Shown: positions 36,479-51,824, counted from the first letter of the whole stretch. The stretch: DNA of 62,971 nucleotides, filler included, from Rhabdomonas costata (GCA_019059605.1; 31 parts of 31 records of this genome joined end to end with filler, not necessarily neighbours in it), one strand, 5' to 3'. A program made the numbers and translations. The notes: generated by a model from the letters alone, not told the origin.

Positions 36479-36626
36479 ACGTGTATTATCAGATAAATCT
36501 TATTGTGCGGCATCACAAACNNNNNNNNNNNNNNNNNNNNNNNNNNNNNNNNNNNNNNNNNNNNTTAATTAATTAANNNNNNNNNNNNNNNNNNNNNNNN
36601 NNNNNNNNNNNNNNNNNNNNGTTGGG

Positions 36627-36736
36627 GTGGTTGGAAGCCAGCCGGACACTCACAGAATAATTGTCCTCTTCAGGGGACTCTGGGGCTGTTTAAAGAGGAC
36701 AATTATTCTGTGAGTGTCCGGCTGGCTTCCAACCAC
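36627..36736. repeat. Terminal fold-back inverted repeat (44-bp arms 36627-36670 / 36693-36736)
   Basis: Perfect arms at the contig start. Confidence 0.9.
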
Positions 36737-39133
36737 ACCGGCGCGAACACAGCAGTTTTTGTTTGTGTGGTGTCTATGCGCTTGTATGGGCAATGGCGAC
36801 AGGTCTTGCCACCATCAGAATCAGAGAGACTTTTGTGGGTGTCCTCTTTGTAGCAGCTTGCCTTCGAAGCAAGTCGGGATGAGCTTTTTGAAGACCACTT
36901 TTATGATTAGGTGGGCCCTAATGTTTTTCCTTCTGCTTGTGCTTGTTTTTATTGACCGTTTGTTATCGGGAAGGAGGGGGGGGCTGGTTATAGTATACTG
37001 CAGCGCATACGCCCAGCCGCCCGCAGACACCCGCCCATTGTCACTGCTGAGGAGACCAGCATCGTGTGCAGGGGAATGTGTTCGTCTGTGGGGGGACCGC
37101 GTTTGGACTTTGGTGACTGCACTCGTCACGCGGTGCCACAGGTGAGCCGGCACACGCTTCAGAGATATTGAGCTGGTCGAAACGGGGAAAGCGAAGGAAA
37201 GCGGTCTTTTGTTCTCCTGGGGATGTGTGATTTAACCCTCTGGCTAAACCGACCTTTCCCGGTAATTCGTTTTATTGGTGATAAACATGGGGAAATATGA
37301 GAAGTTTGCCTCTTCCGGAAATTCCTCCCCGATGCCTGCACCCGTGGTAGCACTTTGTGCGGACCCGAAGCTTTGAACTCGTGCGGTTGAGGTTCTCCGC
37401 TTGCAAAATGACCAGTTTTTGCCTTCGAATTTTGTTCCCATACCCAACGAACGTGGCTGGAGACCTACCCGATGCCCGCCCCTTTGTGCCACAACACGGG
37501 CCCAGGGTCGGGCACCCTCCGCATCAGCCGTGTGCGCACCACGGGCAACACCCCCCCCACTTGACGCGCGCATCGGAAAGGGCAGTTGGAGAGACGGGGC
37601 AGGCTTAGCTTTTTGGAATGCGTCCGCTTTATTTTTTAGTTGAAACATTCATTGAAACTCTCATTGTTGCCGGCGCTGTTGCCGCGCCCATCCATTTTCA
37701 AAGCGCTTTCTCGCTGGCCTTGGTTGAGGCTTTTTTATTTTTCAAACGTTTGCCCCCCCTAAAAGTCCTGCTGTTTAGTTTTGGCAGAGTCACCTCGGAA
37801 AAAACCCGCGTCCGAAATGGCTTTTTTAAAACTGGTAACTGGATGGGCTGCGCCCCCCGAGGGAATCGGGGTAAAAGCCATTCTTTCTTCCTGGAGGCAC
37901 TGGGGAAGCACCCGCGCGGAGAAAGGGGGCCAAAACATTGGTTAGGCGGGGCCAAAACTACTCCTTTATCCTGGGTTGCGCTTGGCTTTAACTCTTTGTG
38001 CGCCCTTTTGGTGGTTACGTTTAGTTGCTTCCTCTTGTTTTGTTGTTTTCCCCTTCTTTTTCAAGGCCCAAATGGGCTGGAGAGCAGGGGAAACCACGGG
38101 GCAAAGCCCCAAGAAAATTGGGTTATATGTTCGTGCGCTCAAAATAAGGTGTTTGTGTTTGGGGTGGGTTGGTGTCGTTTGATCTTTAATATTTTTTGTT
38201 CATTCGCCAATGTTCTAATTTCCACAACCGGGAGAAAACTGAACAGTTACGACCTACGCTTCGCCGCTTTGCGGGTGTGGCGTCGCGCCCGCGGGAAGTT
38301 AGAAATACATAAAGGCGTCGTGTGGGGGGCTCCGCCTGGCGTCCTACCCCCACATGATAAAAATACTTCATTTTCCTTGGCCGGTCGGGTCGAACGCTGC
38401 GATATATAGTTCTTTTCCATTTTGAATATATGACAAAGCTCGATTTTAAAATGCACTTTTTAGGGTCAATAATTCCCCAGCTCGAACCCCCCTTTCCCAC
38501 ATTGGGTCAATGTTGACTTTTATGGTAGGCTGGGTGCCCCATTGTGTAACAACANNNNNNNNNNNNNNNNNNNNNNNNNNNNNNNNNNNNNNNNNNNNTT
38601 AATTAATTAANNNNNNNNNNNNNNNNNNNNNNNNNNNNNNNNNNNNNNNNNNNNTTTTTGGTGGAGGCGTGCCGTCATACGATGGGCTGTCCTATGTACT
38701 CCTTCCCCCGTATTCTGCATCACACAAGGATCTCTCCGCTCAATTGGGCGCGCGCGGGAGAGGACACACAGTTTCACCGGAAGGTACGCGGCTTTTTGGG
38801 GTGCAAGCAGGCACGCACATCTATAGGTTCCCTGCTTCACCTGAAGTCCGAAATATAGCAGCTGTTAGCACGGTAACGCCTTTTTGGAATATCGTCTGAC
38901 AGTAGGTCACTCCAAGCTTCTCCGGTTTGGAACTTCCGCGACTCCAACCGAAAGCAACCGCCCTCCACTTGATCATAATTAACGTATGCTCTATTCCTAA
39001 GTGGTTTGTCTGCTTTCAGTTTGAAATGAGCCCGACATTGAAAACTTTGCTGCGCGCTTCGCCCTGGCAATAAACCATGATTTGCCAGCATCCGCTCCTG
39101 GGTCCCTGTTACCACGCTCACACAATCGCACAC

Positions 39134-40272
39134 CCACTGGAAGAAGCTCCCACGGTACCACTGCAGCAGCATCTTCATCAGCACGTCCCTTGGCCCAAGG
39201 TCCTCACCCTGCGCCGTTCGTACCACTGCGGGATCGCCCGCGGCCACCGCCTCTGCAGCCTGGGCCTCCAGCTTCTGCACAGGGATGACCTGCCGGGCGT
39301 GGGCCTGAAAGGAGGGGTTCTCAAACGCCCTGGCGGTGCTCATCTGTGGAACAAAAAGTGGGGTGACACCAACAACAACGATGATACGCCAACAGCAGCG
39401 CATCTAATGCTGGCACCTGGTCAGCTCCATTTTTAGCAGTGAGCGGAAACACACCCCAACCCATCGCTGAGCAGAAACACACCCAAACCCATCGCATACC
39501 CCCGAGAGGAGCCGGCCCAGCATTTCCCGCTCACCAGGTTGCCGGACCTCCACACCTAAGGCACGCAATCCGCAGCAAGAGAAGAGAAGAACCCGACCAG
39601 AGGAACCAGAGGACCAGAGGAACCACTCCAGGCGGGCCGTGCTTCACCCCCTTAAGGAAAAAATTTGAGACCAGCCACCGACTTCACCGTCATGATCATA
39701 AACATCTTAATGTGTGTAGTCTTGCTTCACGCGAGCTCCGAGCTCCGCAACATCACTCTTCGCTTCTCTCTCATGTTACGCCCCCCAGTCATCCTTGCTC
39801 ACAACATATCCTGCTTCTGCGCATAGTTATCCCAATTGCTCCCTTTGCTGTTGGTTTTCATGTTGTCTGTTTTCAATCTTTTTCCATTCCCTATGCCATT
39901 TTTCCTTCATTGTGCATAGTGTTTTTTTGCGTTTCTCCTTCCCCTTTTATGTCGGCCCTCCAGTCCCCTGCTGTTCCATTTGCTTGTGTACCCACGTTTC
40001 TGTCCGAGTGTGTTCAGAAGACCCTGGAAAATGTTCTGGGATTATGAGCCTATTGCCGTGTGTAGTTGCCCTGGAACAACAGCGTCAAAGCAAACCAACT
40101 TATGGTGCGGCAAAGGGGGAGGAGGTGCAGAGCACTGAGACCTGGGGGAAGGGAGCGCAGCGCGGCCATGGAGGCAGCGGCCTCGGCACCATATGTCTCG
40201 AGGTATTGCGCGGCCCTCTCGGGGTCCCGGTCGCACACCAGAAAGGCCTCCAGCGCCACCGGTTCTGGATAC
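39134..40272 (-). CDS. PNG1: Peptide:N-glycanase (PNG1/NGLY1 family) N-terminal part with a UBA domain, at least 3 exons
   Basis: Exons 40272-40142, 39555-39500 and 39343-39134 splice in phase: YPEPVALEAFLVCDRDPERAAQYLETYG (UBA) ..LPPGVEVRQPGEREMLGRLLSGMSTARAFENPSFQAHARQVIPVQKLE...DVLMKMLLQWYRGSFFQW. The latter matches PNGase 'YE.P.L...A...IPV..L...LL..LL.WFK..FF.WV'. Confidence 0.8.
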
Positions 40273-40694
40273 CTGTGCATGGACGGAGAACAAGACGCAC
40301 TGGAGCTGGGAAGTGCTGTGCAGAGTGTGCCCCCCTCCCTCCGGGGGAGTTCAGTTTGAAGTTTAGTGATAACTTTTGTGCACATCAGGCTGGTTCCGGC
40401 GTACTGCATGAACTGCGGAGCAGATATTAGTAGTAGTAAACAGTTCTGGAAGCAATTCCATGTGGTGGTTTTCGGTTGCGGCTATCTAACGTCACTTTCG
40501 GAAACAACGATGAATTTTTTTGAGAGGGGAGGGGGAATCATGTCGTGAGAAATGGATCAGGGGGCATGCCTCTTTCTCACCAAAAAANNNNNNNNNNNNN
40601 NNNNNNNNNNNNNNNNNNNNNNNNNNNNNNNTTAATTAATTAANNNNNNNNNNNNNNNNNNNNNNNNNNNNNNNNNNNNNNNNNNNNTGTGTGT

Positions 40695-40758
40695 TTTGCC
40701 AATTGACTCATCATGAAATGTTAAACATTTAACATTTCATGATGAGTCAATTGGCAAA
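40695..40758. repeat. Terminal perfect hairpin (31-bp arms, 2-nt loop)
   Basis: 40695-40725 pairs with 40728-40758 at the contig start. Confidence 0.9.
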
Positions 40759-40857
40759 GCGCAGTCCGTAAATGACAACTAACACAATACCTCGGGAGAA
40801 AGCCGGGTTCTTGCTACCAGAGACATAAGTGGCAATTCGGGAGGGGGGAGGGCGGAC

Positions 40858-42449
40858 CGTGGCGCTCGAAGTCGTTGAACAATCGCACAGGCTGGGCGCG
40901 GAAGTACTCCGCGTACCGCGCACAAGTGCGCTCAACTTCCCCCTCAGGCAACCCGGCGCCCTCCATCCCGGTCAGCAAGGGCCACAGCCGCGCGTAAATT
41001 GGGAACAGTGCGGCAACGTCCACCGCGGCGTACATCAGCACCTCCTCCTGCAAGCACCCATCGCACAACACCACCAGCCTCTTGATCTGCTTATCCTTTG
41101 GTTTCAGAACTGTGTGTCCCCGAGCTGTTTGCTAAATTGCAGCAGTACATTTAGATACCATACCATACCTTGCGGCTTCAAAGCTTTCCTCTCGGTTCTT
41201 GAAGCGTCCTTGCAGCACTTCTCGTCCATATGCCTATCTCTCGCGTGTACTCCCACGTGCTTGACAGCGACAAACAAGTCTTTTTTCTTAACAAAAAGGA
41301 GAGCAGTGAATGAGTTTTTGTTATAAAACAGGAGGGAAAGAGGTCACTCACCGGTAGGGGCCGAGCCTCCCACATCGTGGAGACCTCCCCCATCTCCTGA
41401 TGCACCCTGGCCTTCAGGGCGGCGTATGCGGCGTGCGCACCGAACCGCGCCATGCAGTCCCGCAGACCGCGCAGGCGGCACACCTCCTTGCGGTGGTACA
41501 CCCCACCCAGCCCAAGGGACGAGAGGTGACCCCTTTCAGAAAAAGAGAAGACAATAAAACGGGGAGTGGAGATCACTTTCCTGGGAACAGCGCACTGCAC
41601 TAAAGCAAAAGTGGTGAGGCCAAATATCTTTCATTTTTGAGGCCTTTACCTTCAGCAACAGGACAAACGCATTCATGCGGTTGGGTCTACGGGGGTGGGT
41701 ATTGAACGGTATCACCTCATCATATGGCATTGCACTTTTGTTCGAAAAAACAGCGTTATGCGGTCACCGCCTGGGCGGTGTAAACAGAGCAACTGAGCAA
41801 AATGAGCAAAGCGTACCGAACACGAAGCAGGACCTCCACAATCTGCAAATCCCGAATGCCCCGGACCGTAACCCCGCACTGGTAGAAAAGGGCGTCCACA
41901 TCCTGAGGCGAAGGCAGGTGCAGGTCGCACGCACAAAGGGAAGGGGCGAAGGCGAAACTGAAAACTACAATCTGCGGCCCACCAAACCGGGCTTCACCCC
42001 GTTCGCACTTTCTTCAATTGTCGCCGTCCACATGACATCCGAATAGACGTGTGGGTGAATAACTGGCCAGCTGAAGGAATCGGACGCATTGTTTCATTAT
42101 ACCCTCATCTTTTTGGGATTCTCAGGAGGACTAGGAACAGCCAAAAAACCAAAATCCAACAGGTGATGAGAACACAACAGTAAAAAGTATGTATAATAGG
42201 AGACCGAGAACACGCATTTGGACATCCCCACACACCTCTCGGCAGTCAAACATCACCTTTTTGATGCCCGGGGCACTCAGCAGTTCCCCAAGTTCCTGAA
42301 AAATCATGCCCCGAAACATACTGAGACAAACTGATACCAACGATAATATCGTTTCCTTGGGCTGAAAGGCTTTAAGTGTCACGACAACAACAAGAAGATT
42401 GCTAGAGGCCGAATTTGACATACAGGACTTCTCATCATCAAGGCGCTAC
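40858..42449 (-). CDS. 3'-5' exonuclease domain protein (DEDDy; EXD1/Egl-like), 5 exons, partial
   Basis: In-phase exons give ELGELLSAPGIKKVMFDCRE|DVDALFYQCGVTVRGIRDLQIVEVLL..MWEARPLP|EEVLMYAAVDVAALFPIYARL. These match the ExoII 'KV.HDCR.D..AL....GV.....D.Q' and ExoIII 'W..RPL....YAA.DV' motifs. Confidence 0.88.
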
Positions 42450-44409
42450 CTAAGGAGTGTCCACTTACCCCCCACACACACACCCTACCTGGGGGTCTCC
42501 GCATGGGCCCCCCTTCCTCCATTGTCACAGTTCTAGTTTTTGGTTTCGTACTACTATTATCTTTTTTCCCTTCAGAGTCGCAAGAAAGAAATGCAAGCCA
42601 AAACTGAACCAACACAACACNNNNNNNNNNNNNNNNNNNNNNNNNNNNNNNNNNNNNNNNNNNNTTAATTAATTAANNNNNNNNNNNNNNNNNNNNNNNN
42701 NNNNNNNNNNNNNNNNNNNNTGTGGGGTGTCTGCCTGTTGTGATAAACAGGCAACCAAAGTGCGCTTTGTGGGAGTGCCATCGGACTTTTGTGGTTTCGA
42801 TTGCTTTAGTTTCGGCAGACGGCGGTGTGAAAAGCCATGCATTGTTGCCGAACAATGTTGCTTGATAGGTTTTTTGAACGTTTGGTTTCGAAGCTGGTGG
42901 TGTTATGTTGAGGGGCGCATGGAGCATCAATGACTTTCGATGCCATGCGAAAGCCATCGTTTGCGTTTATTGGGCTGTTCTTTACTTTCTATTTTTCTTT
43001 CCGGCTTCTTATTAGCCCTTCGCGTCTATCACTTCTTCCCCACTTCCCATTTGGATAGTTATGGGCTCACCTTTATTTCTTTGATTGCCTCGGTTTAGTT
43101 CTTTCTATGTCCAAATGGTCCGCTGGTTCAACGTCTGGTGCCTGTTTCTGACCTGTGCCCTTATGTCACGTTGCTGTTTGTTTTCAGGAGACATTTAAAG
43201 CTGAGTTGGACTTTTTGAGGAAATCAGTCGCGTCCGAGAAGGGTTTGCTGGAGATTATTGATATTGTGCAGTTTAACGCGCAGTGTTTTGTGTTAAATAT
43301 TATTTGCTTTCAGAAATAAATTTGAAGATGGAGGCGGAGGTGTGAGGAGGTGTTTTCTCCGTTTTCTATTTTCGAGGTGGTGGAGGGGCGTGTACCACCA
43401 CATCTAACGGAATCGACACACATTTTGAAGTCTGCGCCTGCTTCTTCACCGTTTTACAGTCCTCAAATGGCCGGTTAAGTTTCGTCTCCTTTCCTCTTCT
43501 TTTCCCATTTTTGTGGTTTGCATGGGATTTTTGGTTGTCAGGTGGCGGGCAGACAGGAAGCCTGTGCCGCGACGGAGAGAGTAATTCTCTCCATGCATGA
43601 TTTTATGAGCGATGCAACCCATCATCGGGCGGCTCTGCAGCAGGAGCTCCTGGCAGTTGACCGCGACATACTTCGAATTGAGTATGCCTATGAGTATGTT
43701 TAGATGGCATACCTTTAGTAAACAGGCCCAGGAAGAAGACGAAACAACCCCACGACAGTCACAGCAAACAACCGTCACGAATGCAGCAGAGCAGAGAAAG
43801 GAAGGGATCGGCCGAGGGAGGGAGATTTCTACGCAACTCGAGCCAAACAAAGAAAACATAGCAATTCTGCTAAGAGGCGACGCTCCCTAACCCCCGGAAG
43901 TCAATACACCTTGCATCGCTCCCTAACCCCCTCCCAAAAATTAAACCTATTCTTGGGACTGTTTAGTAAAGGGCTGCCGATTAGATATTTTCGACCAGTT
44001 TTCAAATTCTATAAAGTTTCTGTATTTTGGTGATTTTTCTGTCCATGGCCATGGGAGTACAGATGTTTTTTTTTTCACTTTTTCGAGCAAATACGTGTCT
44101 TCTGTTTTTTTTTTATTACAGTGTTGAGGCAATCCAGCATTTCAACGATTTGACTGACCTTCTGGATAAACACAGGCGTTTCTGCTCAGGTATCCTGAGT
44201 GTTTTTTTGGTTGACAACGCTAGTGCAGTGCCATGTGACTTCTCGGCTTCAGTGAGACGTAATGTTTATCCCGAGCCAGGCTTTTTCTCGCTCGTGAAGC
44301 TCTTCACGGGAAAGTATCTCACTGGCACGCTATCTAGGATCCGCCAGTACATTCTTAAATAGACCACTTGGATTTTAAATAGACCACTTGGATTTGATTT
44401 ACTTACTGC

Positions 44410-44649
44410 GTGGGTATGCATACCTTGATATTACATCAATTAAATATAAATGGCACAGCTATCCTTTTGTACTCCCCCAAAGATTTAGAGAGGATGTTGA
44501 CGCTTTATGATAACAGAAGATTTGCACAGGGGTTAGGTCGCCATACACGCTCCCCAGCGGAACATCCTCTCTAAATCTTTGGGGGAGTACAAAAGGATAG
44601 CTGTGCCATTTATATTTAATTGATGTAATATCAAGGTATGCATACCCAC
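44410..44649. repeat. Terminal fold-back inverted repeat (89-bp arms 44410-44498 / 44561-44649)
   Basis: Perfect arms at the contig end. A 21-bp tandem duplication (TTAAATAGACCACTTGGATTT x2) lies just upstream at ~44355-44395. Confidence 0.9.
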
Positions 44650-46787
44650 ACACANNNNNNNNNNNNNNNNNNNNNNNNNNNNNNNNNNNNNNNNNNNNTT
44701 AATTAATTAANNNNNNNNNNNNNNNNNNNNNNNNNNNNNNNNNNNNNNNNNNNNGGGTGGTTGGGTGGGTGGGCCGACTGGGCCATTGTTTTCGGGTGGG
44801 TGCTGTTGAACGTGGATACATAAAACGCGTGGATACAGAACCACCTGAACCCCAAGCATGAGGGAGACCGGCGATGCTATATTTTCTGGTTAGGGGGGGG
44901 TTTAGTTCTTATGCCATCCTCATATGCGATTGCGTCTATCCACCGTAGTCCACATCCCGTGTTTGCCTTCACTGGGACGTGGGACGGAGACCCCCTCCTC
45001 TTTCCACCTCATCCTACCCCTGGGTGTACGTGAACCTTGTTGAGTTTGTACCGAGACTTGTGTAATGAGTGCTACAGAACTTGGCTTGAGCGTGAAGAGG
45101 GGGCATTTCCCATCATGTCTCAGGGTGAACCTTCATGTGACAAACTGGACATGGTACATGGTCCCGGTGTCCCGGTAGAATGTTGCACCCCTCAGAGCGA
45201 TGCTGCTTTTGTGTGGGGGGGGGGACTATAGGCCTTGTGATGAGCCTTCGGGCGTCTAGGGTGGTGCTTTCCTCGGACAGCGAGGAGGACACGGGCTCGG
45301 ACAAGATCCGCAGTGGGGGACCCTCGGGCTCCCTTGCAGGGCGGCGGGAGAGCAGGCGCCACACCTCGCCCCAACCCACTGCCCAAGACCAGGGTCAGGG
45401 CACCACTCCTCCCTCCCCGACCGCCTCCACCGCCTCTTCGGAGGGCTCCGGGTCCATGATGGCCGGAGGAGAGGTTGACACTCAGAGAGGGGGAGGGATT
45501 CGGCATACATAGGAGACGCTTCCGAGTGCAATTTGTGAAGAGAAAAGTTTCTCAAGTTTGGGCGTCTTTGGGCTGAGGCTCACCTTACCTTCAAGCCCAG
45601 CATTTTTTGGAGCTGGAGTTGCATGTCGAAGTCCACGTAAGTGGCGCTTTTTTTCATGCATTTTGAACTGGAACCTTGTTTCTGTGGTTACTCTTTCGTT
45701 CCACTCGCGCACCAACTTCTAGTGCGTGTTATGGCTTGTCAAGGACCAGAACTAGTGTTTTATGCTGCCGCTTGAGGTTGCTGATACTCTCACAAGGAGC
45801 GGTATGGGGGCCCGTGTCCTCTGCAGGACGATGAAGACGACTCAAGCAAACCCCAACTGGCCCTTGTTGCCCGGCTGTCCAAGGTTGCTGTCCCCCGTGG
45901 GGCTGCGCTGCTCAAGCATTGGGTGGAGTCTTCTCACGGACCAGTTGCTGTGATTGACGAGCGATGCCTTTCAGAATAGGACTTGACACGGACCCGTGTG
46001 TGTTGTCTACTTTCCATGTCTTTTTTTTGTGTCGTTTTCGTGTTGTATGGAATGTCGACTTTCGATGCCTTGGGGATTTTGATGGCGTGGGGTGTGCTTG
46101 TATATTGCTTGCACTTCGTTGTTACTGTATGATGCACAATAGGGCTGCATGTTGTTGGGGTTGTCCGTCTGAATATGATTAGTCTTTGCCGAGCAGAAGA
46201 AGAGGCGCGTGTGAAGTGATGTGCTGTCGCGCGCAAAGCCCCCTCACCACGCGCGCATCGCATCAGGCACCTGTAGAATATTTCCCTTCAGTGCAATTTG
46301 GCTTTAAGTTGCGATGGATAGACTTGCGGTGAAACCGTGAAGAAAGATGCCCCCTGATCGTGGAAGGGGCCATGGAGCGATCATCCGCTGAAGTTTTCGA
46401 TAATGCCCGACATCTTTTACAAACACAGTGCGAAAATTTGACCTGTACGTTGCGGTCGTTTCACCAAAACCCTCTGCTTCAAACATCAAATTACTCAGAA
46501 AGGATGTGCCGGAAGCGTCAGCCGCGCATGCGCGGAAGGAAAGAGGAAACGAGCGTTTATGTTATGTGCAAGCTGTGTGCCCAGCGGAGCCTCGTAGCCC
46601 GAAGCCCCATTGTCGTCTTTGTAACTGGGCTTCTGCCACTTGGCGCCCTGTTCGGCCGCCGTACCCGTACAATGCTTTCGCTAAGTGNNNNNNNNNNNNN
46701 NNNNNNNNNNNNNNNNNNNNNNNNNNNNNNNTTAATTAATTAANNNNNNNNNNNNNNNNNNNNNNNNNNNNNNNNNNNNNNNNNNNN

Positions 46788-48364
<1,577 letters not shown>

Positions 48365-48997
48365 CCGAGTCCTTTGCCGCTTTCGTTTGGTGTGATACTG
48401 TGTATCGTCGCGTATTATTGGTCTGCCAAACTGTTGGCAACCATTACCCTCTCAAGCTGACCGTGTCTTTGCATCCACCTGGAACACTGCAAACGCTCAA
48501 GACATGGGTACATTTGTCATCGGAACATATACATCCACCTTTGTACCATCCACCTTTACTTGCCTCTCCCACGTCTTCCTCGCAGACCTCCCATTGAGGT
48601 TCTGGACCCCGTTCTGGCTCATTTCTCGACTGAGTCTTCTCTTACAATAACAACCCACGAAACGGCGTATATGGACCATTTCGAAGCCTTTCACCTCATG
48701 GGTGCAGTACAAAACAACACANNNNNNNNNNNNNNNNNNNNNNNNNNNNNNNNNNNNNNNNNNNNTTAATTAATTAANNNNNNNNNNNNNNNNNNNNNNN
48801 NNNNNNNNNNNNNNNNNNNNNGGGGTGGGTGGTGGAGGCTGGTCGCCGCCGCAAGCCCGTGCCCAACCCCGCGGCTGCGAGCGTGGCCTCCTTCGCTCGC
48901 TCGGAGTGGGCCTCTGGGGAAATCCCACAGGTTCCGTTTTGTTGGTGCTCTTCCGCTCGTGTCCGGTGCGGTGATCCATCTTTGGGATGCTCTCACT

Positions 48998-49022
48998 TCT
49001 CTCTCTCATTCTCTCTCTCTCG

Positions 49023-49056
<34 letters not shown>
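48998..49056. repeat. Interrupted (CT)n microsatellite
   Basis: Read directly from the sequence. Confidence 0.9.
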
Positions 49057-49059
<3 letters not shown>

Positions 49060-50451
49060 TCCTGGCCCCCCTTCACAACACCATAGACGGCACAAAGGAG
49101 CAAGCAGCGACCAGCACTGTCCAAGGCAGATGACGTGTTTCGTCTTGTGCTGTTGTAGGTGGTGTAACCTTCCTTATCGTTGCTGCTTTGTGATGGCTAT
49201 TTCCTCGTTTCTTTTTCTATCAATATTGTTCCGCACAATTTTTTCCTAATCGCTTCATTCTGTTTTTGTTTGCCGTGGCGGTTATTTAACACCGGGCATT
49301 GACCCTTGCACTTGCGGAGATTTATAGCCAAAATATCGCTATGGGCAAGTTAATTCGTGCAAAGTGTGGAACGCAAAGGGAATTGACAAGACAAAATCAT
49401 GAACTGTGATCACTTCAACGTTCGATTTTCTGAATCCTTCATCTTTGAATTAGGGACAGGTGTGCTTGCTTGCTCGCGTTTGTCTCTGTGTGTTCGGAAA
49501 AGGCGGGAATGGAAACACTTAAGCAGAGCGATGATGACAAATATCAAACACTGTTGAATTTACCTGATTTTTTAAGGTTCAAAGCCGCGGACGATAACCA
49601 GCAAGAGTGAAGCTTAGGGACGGCAAGCCTCAATCACTGTAAGGCCACAAGGATACGGAGAGTGTGAGCACAAAGACGCACAGCTCTACTAGCTCATTCC
49701 AACAAAACCTTGGGAAACTGCAAAAGCGGTCCCTCAAATCCCGAGACGGCGAGGTTTGATTCTTAGGACAAAGTACAGGGTTTGTGAAATACCTTGAATT
49801 ACGTATAAAAAATGTCAGGTCGGTATCTGAATGAGTGGATGAGTGGGTGTGTACGGGTTGTCGTGCAGCTGAAGGGGAGAGGAGGCCGGTCACAGGAGTG
49901 CTGGCAGTTCCCGTGAAAGGATGTATGGAGGGTGGTACTGTCAGTCTTGCTTGGTTTCTTCTTCACGAGTGATGGGAAGGAAAGCGAAAGCCAGCTGATG
50001 GTGAAGTGCCGTGACAAAGCACGGTTCGTGAAATGAAACCGTCCATCGCGATACTTCGGCGGCAAAGAACGGTATATGCATTCGGAGCGAAAGGATGATC
50101 GGTCTCCACCCGTTACCCCGCAGGCCCGCGGAAGCAGTTCCGGTGCTATCGCTGCCTCAAGTTCAACGCCGATGGGTTCACGCAGCCCTACGCCCTAATC
50201 GCTGCGCAGACCTCTGCAGTGCGCCGGCCGTGACCCGAGAGAGAAAATTGCGTCCCCCCCACCAACCTCCTCGCGTGTGCTGCTGGGCAATCAACGCTCC
50301 GCATAAACACACATACACGCATAATTCTCACACGCCCACACACAGCCACGCAGCTGCATAGTCCCTGAACAATGCCAGTGCTCGCAGATCTTCCCTCCCT
50401 GAAGGCAACGGTGTCTTCGGCTGTGTAGTTCTCTGCGTTGCTGTGGTGTGG

Positions 50452-50454
<3 letters not shown>

Positions 50455-50491
<37 letters not shown>
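50455..50491. repeat. (TG)18 microsatellite
   Basis: Read directly from the sequence. Confidence 0.95.
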
Positions 50492-50493
<2 letters not shown>

Positions 50494-51824
50494 AGTTGGT
50501 CGTGTGCACTTGGTGACTTCGCCAGAAGAAGGTCCCTCTAACTCTCCGCGTTGTCCCCTCGCATGATAAAGATGTGGGTGAACGCAGCCATGTGGACACC
50601 GCAGGTTGCAGGCTGTTCTCCTGCCATCCCCTCCTCCTGGGTTCTCCTCCTTTCCGTTCGATTTTTTTCTTCTTGCCTGTCATTGGTTTTCGGCCTTCCC
50701 TGAGCTATTTCTGCACACCTGTTTTTTTTTGGTGTTGCGCCGTGACCATCCACACACACACAAACACACACCCCCCNNNNNNNNNNNNNNNNNNNNNNNN
50801 NNNNNNNNNNNNNNNNNNNNTTAATTAATTAANNNNNNNNNNNNNNNNNNNNNNNNNNNNNNNNNNNNNNNNNNNNGGGGGGTGTTGGAGGCATCCAGCT
50901 CTAGAGGCCCCTCCGAGGCCCGCAGGGCCTGGAACTGTACAGATTCGAAGAAGTTCTAACGTTGAAAGACGAATGCGCGCATATACACATGGCCAGCTTG
51001 CTGTGCTGAAAACTGAAGTGCAGCGAGGACCCAAAATGGATGCTCTTGACCGACAAGCACGGAAATGCGTGCACAGGGAATGCAGTATCAGCAGAGCAAC
51101 TGTGCACATCCCAAGAACAGGTGCGCCGTTGAGTGGTCGGCTTGAACAATAGAGAGCAATGGGACGCAAACAGACGACCTTCCACAGCAAGCGGCCTCGG
51201 TACATTCATGCCTTCTTCAGAGGTGAAAAGGCGTTACCCGAAAAGCAGAATTTGGAGTTACAGGGAGTTTGGGGATAGTAGAAAGAGTCTCACGTAATGA
51301 ACCATGTCAAAATGGTTCCTTCTTGCGCTTTCAAAGCCCCGTGGTTCCGGTTGCTTCCTGGTGTGTACCCCTATTCCCCATAGAGCTTGTGCCTTCCTGG
51401 TTTAACAGCATTGAGAGTCGTGTATTGCTTCTACCCAACATACCAGCAAAGAAAGTGCGCCCTTCGAAAGTACTCTACTAAGGGGTTAGCCGAGGCAACC
51501 TGGGGTCCTTTATTTTTACAGCAGGCCTCCCAAAACGCTGAGTGGCCGGCATTTAGGCTCAGAATGTCTCCCTGGCGGGTGGCAGTGGTGTCCCTTATGG
51601 GCTCTTTCGTATTTCTTTCGTGTCGCTTGTTGGCCCCAAACAGCAGAGGGTTTGCGACAGCACGAGCAGCGTATATACAAAAACCCACCCACGCCGAACG
51701 GTGCCAGTGCTCGGTACGCTCGCTCCAGTCACGTCAACATCGATGATCACCACAAAACAAAAACCTCGAAACTGGTGATGAAAACCTCGAGATTATCACA
51801 ACCACAAAAAAAGCAGAGAACAAC

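Noticed and set aside
37618-38500. 263-aa ORF and a faint pogo-like 'QP....KPF' on the minus strand
   Set aside because: Homopolymer-rich, with no DDE motifs; the similarity is too weak to call.
3759-44649. Long perfect hairpins (3759, 13979, 20353, 28242, 36627, 40695, 44410) as ncRNAs, hairpin telomeres or MITEs
   Set aside because: All are perfect, unrelated in sequence and end at contig termini next to primer-like tails, as expected for template-switch fold-backs.
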